Origin: Eledone cirrhosa
Taxonomy: Eukaryota
NCBI GenBank assembly: GCA_964016885.1
Contig: OZ024743.1
Location: 235,166,001 to 235,230,000 of the forward strand
Length of the DNA: 64,000 nucleotides
Direction of reading: 5' to 3'
Made by a program: the position numbers and the translations under genes. A model generated the notes under the pieces. It was not told the DNA's origin and did no database searches. It worked only from the letters and a program-made list of their open reading frames with translations. Below are positions 1 through 11,626 of this stretch, piece by piece (the stretch's first letter is position 1; each line of letters begins with the position of its first letter).

Positions 1-2030
1 GTTCAGGTAGCCGATGCCCTCGCCTCCTCGATTGAGAGCGCCCTGGAATCCAATCGAGCCATCGACTGGGAGCGACTCTTTTATTTCGCCCCACTCGCCT
101 TCGGCCACTCCAGCTCTGACGCTGACCGGGGCGGTCGGTCGACGGTAGCCTTCGTCAAGGCCAATGTTTCGTCCTTTGGGCAAGCGCCCATTCCAAGCGT
201 GCCTAGGGACGCCACACACCCAACCCTCGGGTACACCCAATCCTCCACCTCTGAGGCCAGCGCCAAGCATTTGCTCGACCACGTAAATGCTAAATTAATC
301 ATGGGTGATGTCTCGGCCGCAGTCAGAGTGGTTGCCTCAGAGGACACTGCCCTCCAACCCACCGAGGAGGTCCTGGCTGCCCTGCGACTCAAGCACCCTG
401 AGCCACCCATTGATCTCAGACCCATACCCCCACCCGACCCCACTTGCTCCTTGTGGCTTCTGTTGCAGACATCATGTCCGCCATCAAATCCTTCCCAGCT
501 AGCAGCAGCGGAGGTGCTGATGGTCTCCGACCAGGCCACCTCAAGAACTGCTATCCCCACTTTCCGCTAAGGATGGGCGCCGCCTTCTGAGAGCAATTGT
601 GGTGCTCACCAATAGGCTCATCCATGGCACCCTGGACCCTCACGGCCGAGGCCTCTTTTTTTCGGCTAGCCTCACCGCTCTCAGGAAGAAAGAGGGGGAA
701 ATACGCCCCATCACAGTGGGCAATGTGTTCCGGAGGCCTGTTGCCAAGGTGGTCTGCAGGTCCATAACACCCGAACTGGGTGAGGAGTTCAGTCCGGTGC
801 AACTGGTGTCAGCGTGTCCGGTGGCTGTAAGGGGGCTGCACATGCAACCAGGCAGTTCTTCAACAGCTGCCCACCGGAACCGGCATCCAGGGACTCCAGG
901 CACCTCACTGTCAAGCTTGACATGAGGAATGCCTTCAACTGCTTACGCCGGGACCATCTGCTCGATGCCTGCCTCTACCGAGCCCCCTCTGCCTACCCGC
1001 TGGCCTACCTGTCGTATGGAGCCCCGAGCATGCTCCTTGCTGCTGATACGATCATACCTTCGACCACTGAAGTCCAACAGGGCGACCCTTTGGGACCCCT
1101 CCTATTTGCCCTTGGTATAGACCACATCGCCCGGTGTATCACGACCCCTCTCAATGTTTGGTATCTGGATGATGCTACGTTGGGCGGGCCTGTAGAGACT
1201 GTCTGCCATGACCTACAATCGGTCGTTCCTGCCCTGGCGGGAATCGGCCTCCAGGTCAATTCGTCCAAGTCGGAGGTGGTGAATGTCAGCCACAATGCTG
1301 AGAGCTTTGCAGCCTCCGTCTCGGACGTGCGGTCCATTCTCCCCCAGGTACAGGTGACTCCCAAAGAGGGTGTCCTCATCCTCGGGTCACCGATCCACCC
1401 GCCGGCCATCCGCTCCACCATCAGGTCCAGGCTTCAACAACTCCAGACTATCACGAGCCGACTGGGCTTGATCGACGGCCACCCAGCCCTCTTTCTGTTG
1501 AGGAACTGCTTCGCTATGCCGCAGCTCCTCTATACCCTTCGCAGCGCTCCGTGCTACACCCACACATCTCTCCTCAGATAGGCAATGTCAAGTTTGACGA
1601 CATTGGATGGCAACAGGCCACTTTACCTGTCAGGTATGGCGGCCTTGGCCTCCGGTCCCCGATCTCAATGCCTTTGCCGGCGTTCTTTCGTCGGTAACCT
1701 CGTGCCGCATCCTCGCCAGCAGGGTTCTTCTAAACACAATAGAACCCTCTGTGTTTAGAGAACGTGAGGCCGCCTGTGAGACGTGGGACCGGCTGGGACT
1801 TAGCCCAGTAGACGTCCCTCCTCCTTCTCCCCCTGTTGACGTCAAGTCCCCGCAAAGCACTTGGGATGCCATCCAGTGCAGCCTGACCTCAGACAGGCTT
1901 ACGCGCCAGCTCGATCAGCACCACCTTGCCTGTTTTCGTGCGGCCTCCAAACCCCACAGTGGTGCCTGGCTCCATGCCCTGCCCTCCTTCTCCACTGGCA
2001 CGCAGCAAGACAACAATAGCCTGCGCATCG
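1..2030 (+). mobile_element. CRE-clade non-LTR retrotransposon (RT), frameshifted, 3'-truncated; 5' end outside window
   Basis: Split ORFs with RT motifs IRPITVG, KLDMRNAFN, QQGDPLGPLLFAL, WYLDDATLGG and downstream [10 protein letters not shown]; homologous to the copy at 49750-51647, which retains the RLE domain. Confidence 0.85.
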
Positions 2031-2725
2031 TCGGGGGCGGGGGGCATCGCGTATTATTCCATAATTATGGTCGGTATGTGTATGTTTATGTTTTGGATAT
2101 TTATGATATATTCCTTCCATATACTGTACCGATTGTGTTGTTATTTCTGGTATGTGTAAAATAAATTCAACACCAACACAAATTAAAATGAAACTTTGAA
2201 AACCTACTCACAGCGAAACCAGCTAGTACAACTAATTGTAGTATTTTATATATAATCAAGTTACAAAACCAAATATTTAGTTTAATAATTCTATTATTAC
2301 AAATTTTGGGGGTTTTTTTGGTGGATAAACTATCCGCAACTAACATAGGTTACCAAGAATATCTTGATGTGCATATGTATACATAAGTATGACTATATAA
2401 ATATAAACACAGAAACACACATACACTCACACAAATATAAATATATTCATAGAACAGAATCGGCTGTTTTCTACTCAATATTTACAGTTACAGTCTTAAG
2501 TAACAAGACATGTTAAACTGAATCTATATTTCCAGCTGGTTGAAAACATATTTATCGTTTTTTTCTGAATTACGACTGTGCCGTTATCTGTCACACGGGT
2601 GTAACACTTAAATGGAACATTAACTTCAATAACATTTATTTAACGCCATCTTCTACAACATTTAATAACATGTTTAACCTTATAAACACAGTACTTACTT
2701 ATGGACATGTTCTATAACACATTAT

Positions 2726-2830
2726 CCCGCCGAGGTTAACTTTGCCTTTCATCCTTACGGGGTCGATAAAATAAAGTACCAGTAATGTACTGGATAATTG
2801 CTGGCCTTGTGTCTAAAGTAGAAACAATTA
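2726..2830 (+). mobile_element. tRNA-derived SINE, 5'-truncated
   Basis: Family core GCCTTTCATCCTTACGGGGTCGATAAAATAAAGTACCAG and tail GGCCTTGTG..AGTAGAAACAATTA, found about 20 times in the window. Confidence 0.8.
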
Positions 2831-3114
2831 TATACGCATAACTTTATTTTTATTATTAATGTTGTATTTGGCTTTGAACTGGTTGATCACCCTCCCTATT
2901 CTCCTGATCTGACTATCATCTGTTCCCCAACATGAAAAAACATTTGGCTGGGAACCAGTATCGCAGCGATAATGACGTCATGCCTGCTGTTGATGACATT
3001 TTTGACCAACAGGATGAAAGCTTCTTCCCCAATAGGATTCAAGCACTGCAACACTGATGGAAGGAATGTATTGTCCGTAAGGGGGGCTATGTTGCAAAAT
3101 AAACCTCATTTGGT

Positions 3115-3836
3115 TAGGGTTGGATTTAGACCTTGAGGGGGGGGGGGGGCACTTCAGGTTTGGAGGTCCCTCATACACAAAATCAAAATACACAGCACGC
3201 ACCTCCACCCCACCCCCTATTTGACATATCAAAGTTAGCTTGGCGCAAGTAATTGGAATTGAAAAGTTATACATACAAATTATAACAGGACACTGGGTTG
3301 TATGTACAATATTTATTTACGAAGATTGAGCTGAGTAGAGCTGAATAGCTGACATGCCAAGAGAGATGAAACAACGAATTAAGGACTTCAGGAGGCACGA
3401 TCTACTGGCGGAAATGTTGCCAGGCCGTAGTTAAGTTGTTGTGTTACATGTTGGCTAGTGATTTCACGACGAAAGAAAGTTAGTTGTTTACCTTTTTGCA
3501 GTCAGGATGCGAGAGAGGATACCTCCGGCGGAACGCGCCTGGCCGAAAGGTCAGGCAGCCAAAAGGTGAAAAGAGAGGAAGATAGCTTTCAGCTCTCTCC
3601 TTTATAGTTCCCTGGACGGAAGTCCCAAAGAAGGTTCTGGAACCTCAACGGGAAGTAACTCCAGCTACTTCCTGTCTAGAGAGCGCTACAAAATATTTAA
3701 ATATTCTAACCATCCTAAAACTAAAAACCCCAGCTGAGAACACAAATAAATTGCTAAGGCCGTTGCTGGTGGGGCCCCACACTGCAAGGGATCCTGGGGA
3801 AATTACCCCATTTGCTCCCCATTAAATCTGGCCCTG
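3115..3836. mobile_element. hAT-like MITE
   Basis: Termini TAGGGTTGGATTTA / TAAATCTGGCCCTG; imperfect (a)tttggt target duplication; related partial copy at 40427-40650. Confidence 0.65.
3281..3690 (-). mobile_element. Solo LTR (Gypsy-like, 4-bp TSD)
   Basis: Minus strand TGTAGC...GTTATA (CA mutated to TA), TATAAA and AATAAA inside, AAAT duplicated at 3277-3280 and 3691-3694; absent at the equivalent site of the MITE copy at 40427. Confidence 0.7.
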
Positions 3837-4399
3837 ATTTTGGTCACATTCCATGAGAGTATCTTGGTCAGCCTATGAACTTTTCAGCCGACTCTCGTAT
3901 GTTGAAACTTGTTAATTGCCTATGCATGAATCACTGTCCAAACACAACTTTCACCACATAGATTTGTTGTTTATTTTTAACCCGTTTATATTTAAATCTT
4001 GTAAGAACACATGATATCTGACAACTTTTAACTCTAGTGCCATCATAAACTGGAAGAAATCTATTTTTATGAAACGTGGAAAACATAGGAATACTGTTGT
4101 TATTCATTGCGAATTCTTTATTTTCTACAACAATTTTATAAATCTGAAAGCCATTAGCACATAGTTTTAATTTTAAAATGTTTTATTGTAAAAAATGCAA
4201 GTGTCTTTTGTGGTTATGAAAACGGAAAGGGAAGGGAAAGGCAAGGGCTCTAGGGTCACAGAAGAATGGGAGAGGTGAAAATAAAGAAGACCAAACCTAA
4301 CACGGAAATCATTATAATAAACTTTGTAAGAAGGTCTTGACTATAGAGTAAGCTACCTTTATTATTGTAATAACTGTTAGATTTATTATTTCAAGCCTA

Positions 4400-4610
4400 T
4401 GAGGGCAGTGGATTGAGTGTCGGACAACTTGCTTTATGGTATAGAGTTACGACCCTTTAATTTCTGAGTTCAAATCCCGCTGAGGTTAACTTTGCCTTTC
4501 ATCCTTACAGGGTCGATAAAATAAAGTACCAGCCAGACACTAGAGTCGATCTAATCGACTTTCCACTCCCCCAAAATGGATGGCCTTGTGCCTAAATCAG
4601 AAACCATTAT
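4400..4610 (+). mobile_element. tRNA-derived SINE
   Basis: B-box-like GAGTTCAAATCCC, family core and tail. Confidence 0.8.
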
Positions 4611-4794
4611 TTCGAGCCTATGATTTATATACATGTTTTTACTATTAGAATCATCGAATAAAAATAAGATCTTGCCTAAAAGCCTGTGATCCGATTTAGA
4701 TTCCATGTTGTTTCTATTTCGCCCCACTTACCCCACTAATATGTTAGGTAAAACATGAATTTCACAAATTCCTATTAAGCCTGATAAACTATAA

Positions 4795-5056
4795 TAATAA
4801 TAATAATTGTTTCTACTTTAGGCACAAGGCCAGCAATTACCACAGTGCATTACTGGTACTTTATTTTATCGACTCCGTAAGGATGAAAGACAAAGTTAAC
4901 CTAGGCGGGATTTGAACTCAGAACGTAAAGGGCCACAACTCTATAATAATAATTGTTTCTACTTTAGGCAGAAGGCCAGCAATTACCCCAGTGCGTTACT
5001 GGTACTTTATTTTATCGATCCCGTAAGGATGAAAGGCAAAGTTAACCTCGGCGGGT
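4795..5056 (-). mobile_element. Two tandem 5'-truncated SINEs with (TTA)n tails
   Basis: Two reverse-complement copies of the family core. Confidence 0.8.
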
Positions 5057-5069
5057 TAAGAGGAATAAT

Positions 5070-5415
5070 AATGATTTCTTTACATAAAGGAAAAGATTAA
5101 GGACGGCGCAGGACGGTACAAATATGGGTTTCTGCATCTATAAAAGGAAACACAATAACAATAACAAAAGATGTAACGAAAATAAATAGAAACAAAATTA
5201 AAATCCCCAATAGGGAGAAACCACCAAGGACTACTCGTGGAGAAAGCCCACAAAAGCCACGGTCACACTGACCGTTATGACAAGCGTCTTCTCCCAGTTG
5301 TCCACCTTCAATACTACAGGCACACGCTCAGGCTAGGCCCATTCACACGGACCATTCTTGCCTCTCTCGCCCACCTTTCAACAAATTGGCTAGAAAGCAG
5401 CACTTCCCTCTCCAC
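5070..5415 (-). mobile_element. Possible L1/Tx1-like LINE 3' end
   Basis: Minus strand reads VLLSSQFVERWAREARMVRVNG then a stop and a T-rich UTR; family call is from resemblance only. Confidence 0.4.
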
Positions 5416-5774
5416 CATGATTTTCCTTTTTCAATATTTGTCTCAATACAAGAAATAATTACTTTGTTTATTGATGACACTCTCAACCTTTTGGAAAGCT
5501 TTCCTCATTAAATTTATAATTCGTTTGTCTTTTTTACTCTAATATCTTGCCAATGAGAGTCCCCACATTAAGTCACCAATTCACTCAACACATATTCTCT
5601 ATAGTGTTTGATTGTTGTCAATTCTCGCTTTGTTTTCATCTTATATTTTTAATCTGCTTAAAAGTTCATTCATAAAACAAAATTTTTAATATATTATGTT
5701 GGTCTATGTAATATGAGCAAGGGAACATACACTATTGACATCATTAACATTTAAGAATTACATACGTCTATTTA

Positions 5775-6017
5775 TCAGGAAAGAATCGCTGGACAGATTT
5801 TACGAGCAAAAGCAATCGGCAGCAGACCCAGAGATAGACCCCGAGCAAGATGATTTGGATAACATCTATGAGGTCAGCTGGTCTCGCTTGGGGATTCAGC
5901 CGGATCAATTGGAGACGGTTGCTTCTAACAGAACTCGCTGGAAGGAGTGTTTAAGGGCTCTGCCCCCACAACCCTCTCAGGAATAGATGAGTGAAGAAAA
6001 AGAAAAAGAAAAAGAAA

Positions 6018-6048
<31 letters not shown>

Positions 6049-6057
6049 GAAAAAGAA
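5775..6057 (+). mobile_element. RTE family-2 3' fragment with (GAAAAA)n tail
   Basis: LDNIYEVSWSRLGIQPDQLETVASNRTRWK; homologous to 12215-12665, 27856-28350 and 53900-54105. Confidence 0.75.
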
Positions 6058-6874
6058 GTTTCAATTACAAGTTTTGTTTTCTCATTTTTAATAGCTCCAC
6101 CCAACGATGGTTACCCCAAGACTTAAAAAAAAGAAACAAAGTAAAAAAATCATGATCAATGGCGATGCATTCCAGACAGAAATTAGCAATAAAAAGTGCA
6201 ACAATGTACCCTTATAAGTTAAAACCTCTGTTTCTCACAATATCCCTGAGTAAGTTCCCGGAATTTACTCTGTTAATGACGTTTCTGGAGCTTGTAACAC
6301 CAGCAGGAGGTGAGATGTGGGCGTTTTCTGGCTTCAATTCCCCAAAGTCACATAAGTAGCATTTACCAAGAGACATCTGATAAGTGAAAATATGTTGTTG
6401 TTTTTTTTTAAACATCTTGGGAAATATATTTAAAAGGCGACAATTTCTTTAAAGAGTCATGGGAAATTCTTCAAATGATATATTGATGGAGATAGAAGTC
6501 ACTATGAAAAATATGCCGAAAATATTTTATTTCGTTATTTATTTGGCACATATTTGAATTCTCTGGGGTGGAACTAAGTGTCATATTCTGTAGAAAATCG
6601 AACAGTTCGCTAAACAAAAGCACGCCCTAACGACATTGTACTGTGAATGATAACTTTGCATAATGCCAAGAATAACATGTGTTTTACATAAAATTTGTTT
6701 TATTATACAAAATTAAAAGTTGTATTTTTCATATTAGGCCGTTATTTATCCTCAATAGAAAGCGGCTAATTGGATGTAATGTCGCGCAGTAGTATTTAGT
6801 TAAATACCAGTAACGTTTGATCAAATCAACCACATCACTTTCCTCAAAATTGTGTGAATGTGTCACTGCAAAGG

Positions 6875-7015
6875 TTGTGAATTGGCAGAGTCGCTACAGC
6901 ATTGGATTGGATACTTTGCGGCATTTAACTCGAATCTCTACGCTCTGAGTTCAACTACAGTAGACTTATACTTTGTCTTTTATCTTTTCGAGGTCGATAA
7001 ATAAAGTACCAGTCC
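6875..7015 (+). mobile_element. tRNA-derived SINE (diverged)
   Basis: Head TGGCAGAGTCG, GAGTTCAA, core GGTCGATAAATAAAGTACCAG. Confidence 0.7.
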
Positions 7016-7422
7016 AGAGCGGTAGATTAGCGGGATTGTTAGTGGCGTCTGTCCTGGAAATGTGCGCTCTGATGGCAACGTCTGCATTGAAACTCTGCGA
7101 TAGCATGACGAGAGAAATTCGCATACACTGGGGAAATATTAGTCTTCCATAGTCTCATGTGGCATATGGAAACCCTGGATTTATGAATGTAAGAATTCAT
7201 TATTCTCAGAAAAATGATATAGAATCTAGCAACATTTAACTACTTCCGGTTAACTACACAGTTATGGAGCCCGATTAAATGAATTACATCTCACATTCTA
7301 AAGATTTGTAGTCTTGTCAACCCCCAAAATAATAATTGTTCGAAATCTCTCATGTCATGAAAATCCATCGACATTATATGAAAATAATTTAACAGTATCT
7401 AATAAAACGCGCGCGCACGCAG

Positions 7423-7456
<34 letters not shown>

Positions 7457-7759
7457 TTAACGGGAACAGAAAAAGAAGGGGGAAATGAAAAGGAGATAAA
7501 GAAAGAAGGATCAAGCAACAACAACAACAAATAAATAAATAAGGGAATAGTAAAATCGGTAGACCTCAGGTCGAAATTTCTTATATATTTAATTACAACT
7601 TTACGTTCTACGTTGAAAATTTATTGTGATAAAATTTGACTTTCATTCATTTTGGATTGAGATCGAACAACGCGGCTACCCGTCTTCTCTTAGTGTTAGG
7701 AATATTTATTTGTTTTCCATACAATGGCGGTGACTTGGCAGATTTGTTAATGATTTGGC

Positions 7760-8410
7760 AGATGCCCTGTATATATATATTTCCTTCAGCCTAAGCTTCA
7801 AGAGGCAAATCCTCCAACTCAGTGGGATCCATTCTGACAGCCAGGGACTTGTGAGTATCACAACTTCTATCTGTGTAGTCATTTTTGTCACTACACCTGA
7901 ATAGTGAAGTTTCCATCCTTCATCTATATCTACAGTACCAGAGCCACGGTAATTTGTTGAGGAAACCCTGACTCCAGCCGGTAACATCACTTGTAACATC
8001 CAGTTGCCACTTATTAAGGGATATACCCTTCTGGACCCTCTTTGGAGTGTCGGGGTAGGCAACCTTTGTTGCATCCATCCCACACCTCCTAGTCTCATTG
8101 CCAGTTTTCACGGCGTTGGATGAAGACTACAATATATTTTTCGAACAAGCTCCTTTGCTTGATACCCCACGAGAAGGATAATGTGGTATGATTGCTTTTA
8201 TTGCATCTGACCATACTGTAGTTTTTTTTTTTTTGTGGTCTTATTCGCGCCAGTCACTAATTTGGTGATTTTCTTAGAACTGCGAAGGAAGACTAGGTAT
8301 TTTAGAAGAGGCCTTTACTAGCCTCGCCGTAACTGGGTTGAGAGAGTTTTCCTGGGAGCTAACTGTGGCACCTATTGTTCCATCTCCCCTAGTAGCTTAC
8401 CGCTGTTTCT
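7760..8410 (-). mobile_element. RTE family-2 5' end (AP endonuclease N-terminus plus 5' UTR)
   Basis: GWKLHYSGV...VILTSPWLSEWIPLSWRICLLKL; homologous to 60950-61745. Confidence 0.75.
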
Positions 8411-8419
8411 CGGCAGAGC

Positions 8420-8662
8420 TATAGAATGGGTCACAGGTGGCGGATAGCGATACGGCCACCAACTTTGATGGTTTGTTGCGATATATGTGGACTTCTGACG
8501 GACGAATAAGCAACCTCGGACCAACCAACGGTAAACTACTAGGAGAGATGGAGCAATGGCTGACACTCTTAGCTCTAAAGAAAACTCTCACAACCCAGCG
8601 ACGTAGTTACGACTAGGTGAGTAAAGGTCACTTAAAAAAGCTTAGTTTTCGCGCTCTAAGAA
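8420..8662 (+). mobile_element. RTE family-2 5' UTR, inverted relative to the preceding piece
   Basis: 8525-8662 is an imperfect reverse complement of 8270-8408; 8435-8560 matches 61620-61745 (-). Confidence 0.65.
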
Positions 8663-8673
8663 ATATGTATATA

Positions 8674-8704
<31 letters not shown>

Positions 8705-9697
8705 GCGTGTGTGAGTGTGAACGTAAGAATGAATGTTAACGTCAGCTTCTACGAATTTCGGAAATACTTGTGTAATAATACTTCTAAACATGACTTTAGA
8801 TTAAACTGACCCTAATCACAACCCCCCACCACACACTCGATAACTTTAATTCATGACCAGATTACTGGGATTATTTATGAAATCGATTTCAACTTACCCT
8901 TCGGGGCAGCTTTAATATAATTTAACTTACATCCTATGATTTCAGATTACCCCTTACCCCTTAAATGACTCCCCCGGCTCTTGTGTTTAATATGTAAATA
9001 ACTATTTTCATCATAATACTTAAATGAAAATAGATCTAAATGTATCACAGAGTGCAGTCTTAAACAACTCACTACAACGATGATAAAACTACAAACAAAC
9101 AAACATTTAATAAATACAAAAAGCAGTTGTAGAAATTGACACAATAGCGACGTCAGTTAATTAGCATTCTCCGAAAATTTTTCTCGTTTTTCTGAAAAAC
9201 GTTTACCGGAGTTGTATCCCTTGAATAAAAAAAAATTAAAAAAAGAGCAGCCAAATATTTTAACACTTGTTCTGCTTTCAAATAACGAAGAACGCTTATA
9301 TACCCATATAAACATAGGAAACTTATTGATTTTACGTATATAGATAGGATCATCTTTACGCAGGACCATCTTTCAAGGTAGTTGCTCTATTTGCTTGAAA
9401 TGGCAGCCAATTTCCCCTCGATTTACAAGGTCTAGTTAGATGTGATAAAATGTCAAGGCAATCTTTATTTTGGAGAGTGCGTAGGAGTGGAGATTCTGCA
9501 TACGAAAAGATGAACAAGTTTGAACAGTAAAGCTTACAATTTATGTATGTACTGATAGCTAAATTGTATTTATGTGTTATGCATACATATTTATTAAACT
9601 ATATATGGAGGCGGGGATAAAATAAAACACGTTTGCTCTACTACTACGATTACGACGAGATAATTAAGTAAAAATTATACTCACTAATACATACACA

Positions 9698-9710
9698 TAT
9701 GTGTGTGTGC

Positions 9711-9754
<44 letters not shown>

Positions 9755-9764
9755 GTGTGTGTGC

Positions 9765-9798
<34 letters not shown>

Positions 9799-9907
9799 GT
9801 AGAACACTGGAAGGTAATTTCCGTAGTGGTAGAGCACTCTCAGTCCATGGGACGAGTTAGGTAGAAGTGGTTACGCAACAGTTAATTCACCATACCGAGA
9901 ACAATTG

Positions 9908-9955
<48 letters not shown>

Positions 9956-10130
9956 GATGGCTGCCCCCTCGTTATCGAGTATGGCCATTGCACAAGAAAA
10001 AAAAAATAAAAAATAAAATAAAATAAAATAAAATAAATAAAAAAAAAAAAAAATAATAATAATAAATAAATTTTTAAAAAAAATACATACATATACATAC
10101 ATACATACATACATACATACATACATACAT
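9698..10130. repeat. Microsatellite block (TA)n/(TG)n/(AAAAT)n/(CATA)n
   Basis: Direct inspection. Confidence 0.9.
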
Positions 10131-10459
10131 GGTGGCTGCCAACTCGTTTTCGAGTACGGCCACTACTTTATATCCATGTAGGAGAACCCCTACCGATGCG
10201 CTGAACGACTATGACTTTTTAGTCCAGCCAGCGACTTGAAAACTCTGGTACAAACACTACACTTGTGATAATTATTGACACATAGTGCTGGGCCCATGGT
10301 ACCATGTGACGACAAGTGCAGAGAGATCTCCTGATATAAAGCAATGGCTGTGCCGTGAAGCTTTTATAGTGAGCAAAGGCACTGCACAAAGCCAGTCCCA
10401 CTCTCTTAACCAAGATGATATTTACCAAAAAGAAGAACAAGTCAACATCATTGGATACC

Positions 10460-10674
10460 ATCAGGTTGCAGGTGTTATATCAGAGTTTTCCTTCTAGAAT
10501 TCTGCCTTGACAAAGGCTAAGGGGTCATCTCTCCCGGTGATTTTGGATGGCCATTGACTCTTAAGAGCTCCTTTGCCCTTTTACAGGTTTTGTTTTTAGT
10601 CCTGCAGGATGTCCAAAGTCACCCTCCTCACCAAGAAACATTGGTGGGGTTGCCAGTTTAGTCGCCAATGACCC
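10460..10674 (-). mobile_element. Probable RTE-type 5' UTR fragment
   Basis: Minus strand AGCCTTTGTCAAGGC..TAGAAGGAAAACTCTGA resembles a motif common in RTE 5' UTRs; hairpin CACCAA..TTGGTG. Confidence 0.4.
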
Positions 10675-10705
10675 GCCGTTAATATGCATAAGGTAAGTAT
10701 ATACG

Positions 10706-10790
10706 TTCAACAATCTGGCAGGAAGGTATCCGTTGCTGACGATAGCTAATAAGCTTGAAACTAGTACAGCGTTCCTTTGTCAGTGTTGAA
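10706..10790 (+). ncRNA. Type I hammerhead ribozyme, short stem III (copy 1); cleavage predicted after GUA 10766
   Basis: Core CUGACGA 10736-10742, GAAA 10757-10760; stem I CGUUG/CAGCG extended by AAGG/CCUU, CUGGCA/UGUCAG and UUCAACA/UGUUGAA; stem II AGCU/AGCU with loop AAUA; palindromic ACUAGU stem III. Confidence 0.85.
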
Positions 10791-11133
10791 CAAACGAGAA
10801 ACGATGGTTGCTGGACTACGGTTTAATACGGGATGTTTGTTTACAAACACACCGAGCATTATAATAAATGTTCGGTGAATCCATACGTACATATATATAT
10901 ATGTGTGCATATATGTATATATATATATACATACTACTGTACGTCTGTATACATATATATATATGTATGTACGTGTACATACTTATATTTAAGTAACAGC
11001 CGTACTAAAAGTGGGAAATGAAATTTCGTTTCATTTTTTCCGTTTATCGTTTTCGGTGCACCCGGTCGATTAACCCACTCGATATGCAAATTGGGCTACT
11101 CAGCCGTTAATATGCATAAGGTAAGTATATACA

Positions 11134-11218
11134 TTCAACAATCTGGTAGGAAGGTATACGTTGCTGACGATAGCTAATAAGCTTGAAACTAGTACAGCGT
11201 TCCTTTGTCAGTGTTGAA
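11134..11218 (+). ncRNA. Type I hammerhead ribozyme (copy 2); cleavage predicted after 11194
   Basis: Same core at 11164-11170 and 11185-11188; both stem-I differences from copy 1 keep or add pairing (C-G to U.G; extra A-U). Confidence 0.85.
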
Positions 11219-11562
11219 CAAACGAGCAACGATGGTTGCTGGACACTACGGTTTAATACGGGATGTTTGTTTACAAACACACCGAGCATTATAATAAATG
11301 TTCGGTGAATCCATACGTACATATATATGTGTGCATGTATGTATATATATATATATATACACTACTACTGTACGTCTGTGTACATATATATATGTATGTA
11401 CGTGTACATACTTATATTTAAGTAACAGCCGTACTAAGAGTGGGAAATGAAATTTCGTTTCATTTTTTCCGTTTATCGTTTTCGGTGCACCCGGCCGATT
11501 AACCCACTCGATATGCAAATTGGGCTACTCAGCCGTTAATATGCATAAGGTAAGTATATACA

Positions 11563-11626
11563 TTCAACAATCTGGTAGGAAGGTATACGTTGCTGACGAT
11601 AGCTAATAAGCTTGAAACTAGTACAG
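11563..11626 (+). ncRNA. Hammerhead copy 3, truncated 3 nt after the cleavage site (11623)
   Basis: Core CUGACGA 11593-11599; identity to the unit ends at GAAACTAGTACAG. Confidence 0.75.

Larger units (their letters stand above)
2868..3899 (+). mobile_element. mariner transposase 3' remnant with right TIR, interrupted by a MITE
   Basis: Translates GFELVDHPPYSPDL..DYHLFPNMKKHLAG; resumes after 3836 and ends CAGCCTATGAACTTTTCAGCCGACTCTCG-TA. Confidence 0.8.
10675..11626 (+). mobile_element. Tandem array (2.2 units of 428/429 bp), each with a hammerhead ribozyme: candidate non-LTR retrozyme
   Basis: Near-identical units start at 10675, 11103 and 11532; each contains CGTTG-CTGACGA-TAGCTAATAAGCTT-GAAAC-TA-GTA-CAG; no credible ORF. 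Confidence 0.85.

Noticed and set aside
2040-2228. Helitron 3' end (CAGCTAGT; also 20668-20683)
   Set aside because: CTAG-T terminus is suggestive but the subterminal hairpin is not intact and no 5' TC end can be assigned
10610-10676. HDV-like ribozyme on the minus strand (GGCGACTAAAC)
   Set aside because: Only a possible 3' part is present; sequence is cut by the tandem array, so no P1/P3 can be built
10833-11518. Short ORFs in the tandem unit
   Set aside because: Run through (TA)n tracts that change length between units
10675-11626. Spliced-leader RNA gene array
   Set aside because: A donor is present, but no clear Sm site follows it; the downstream sequence is fully explained by the hammerhead fold
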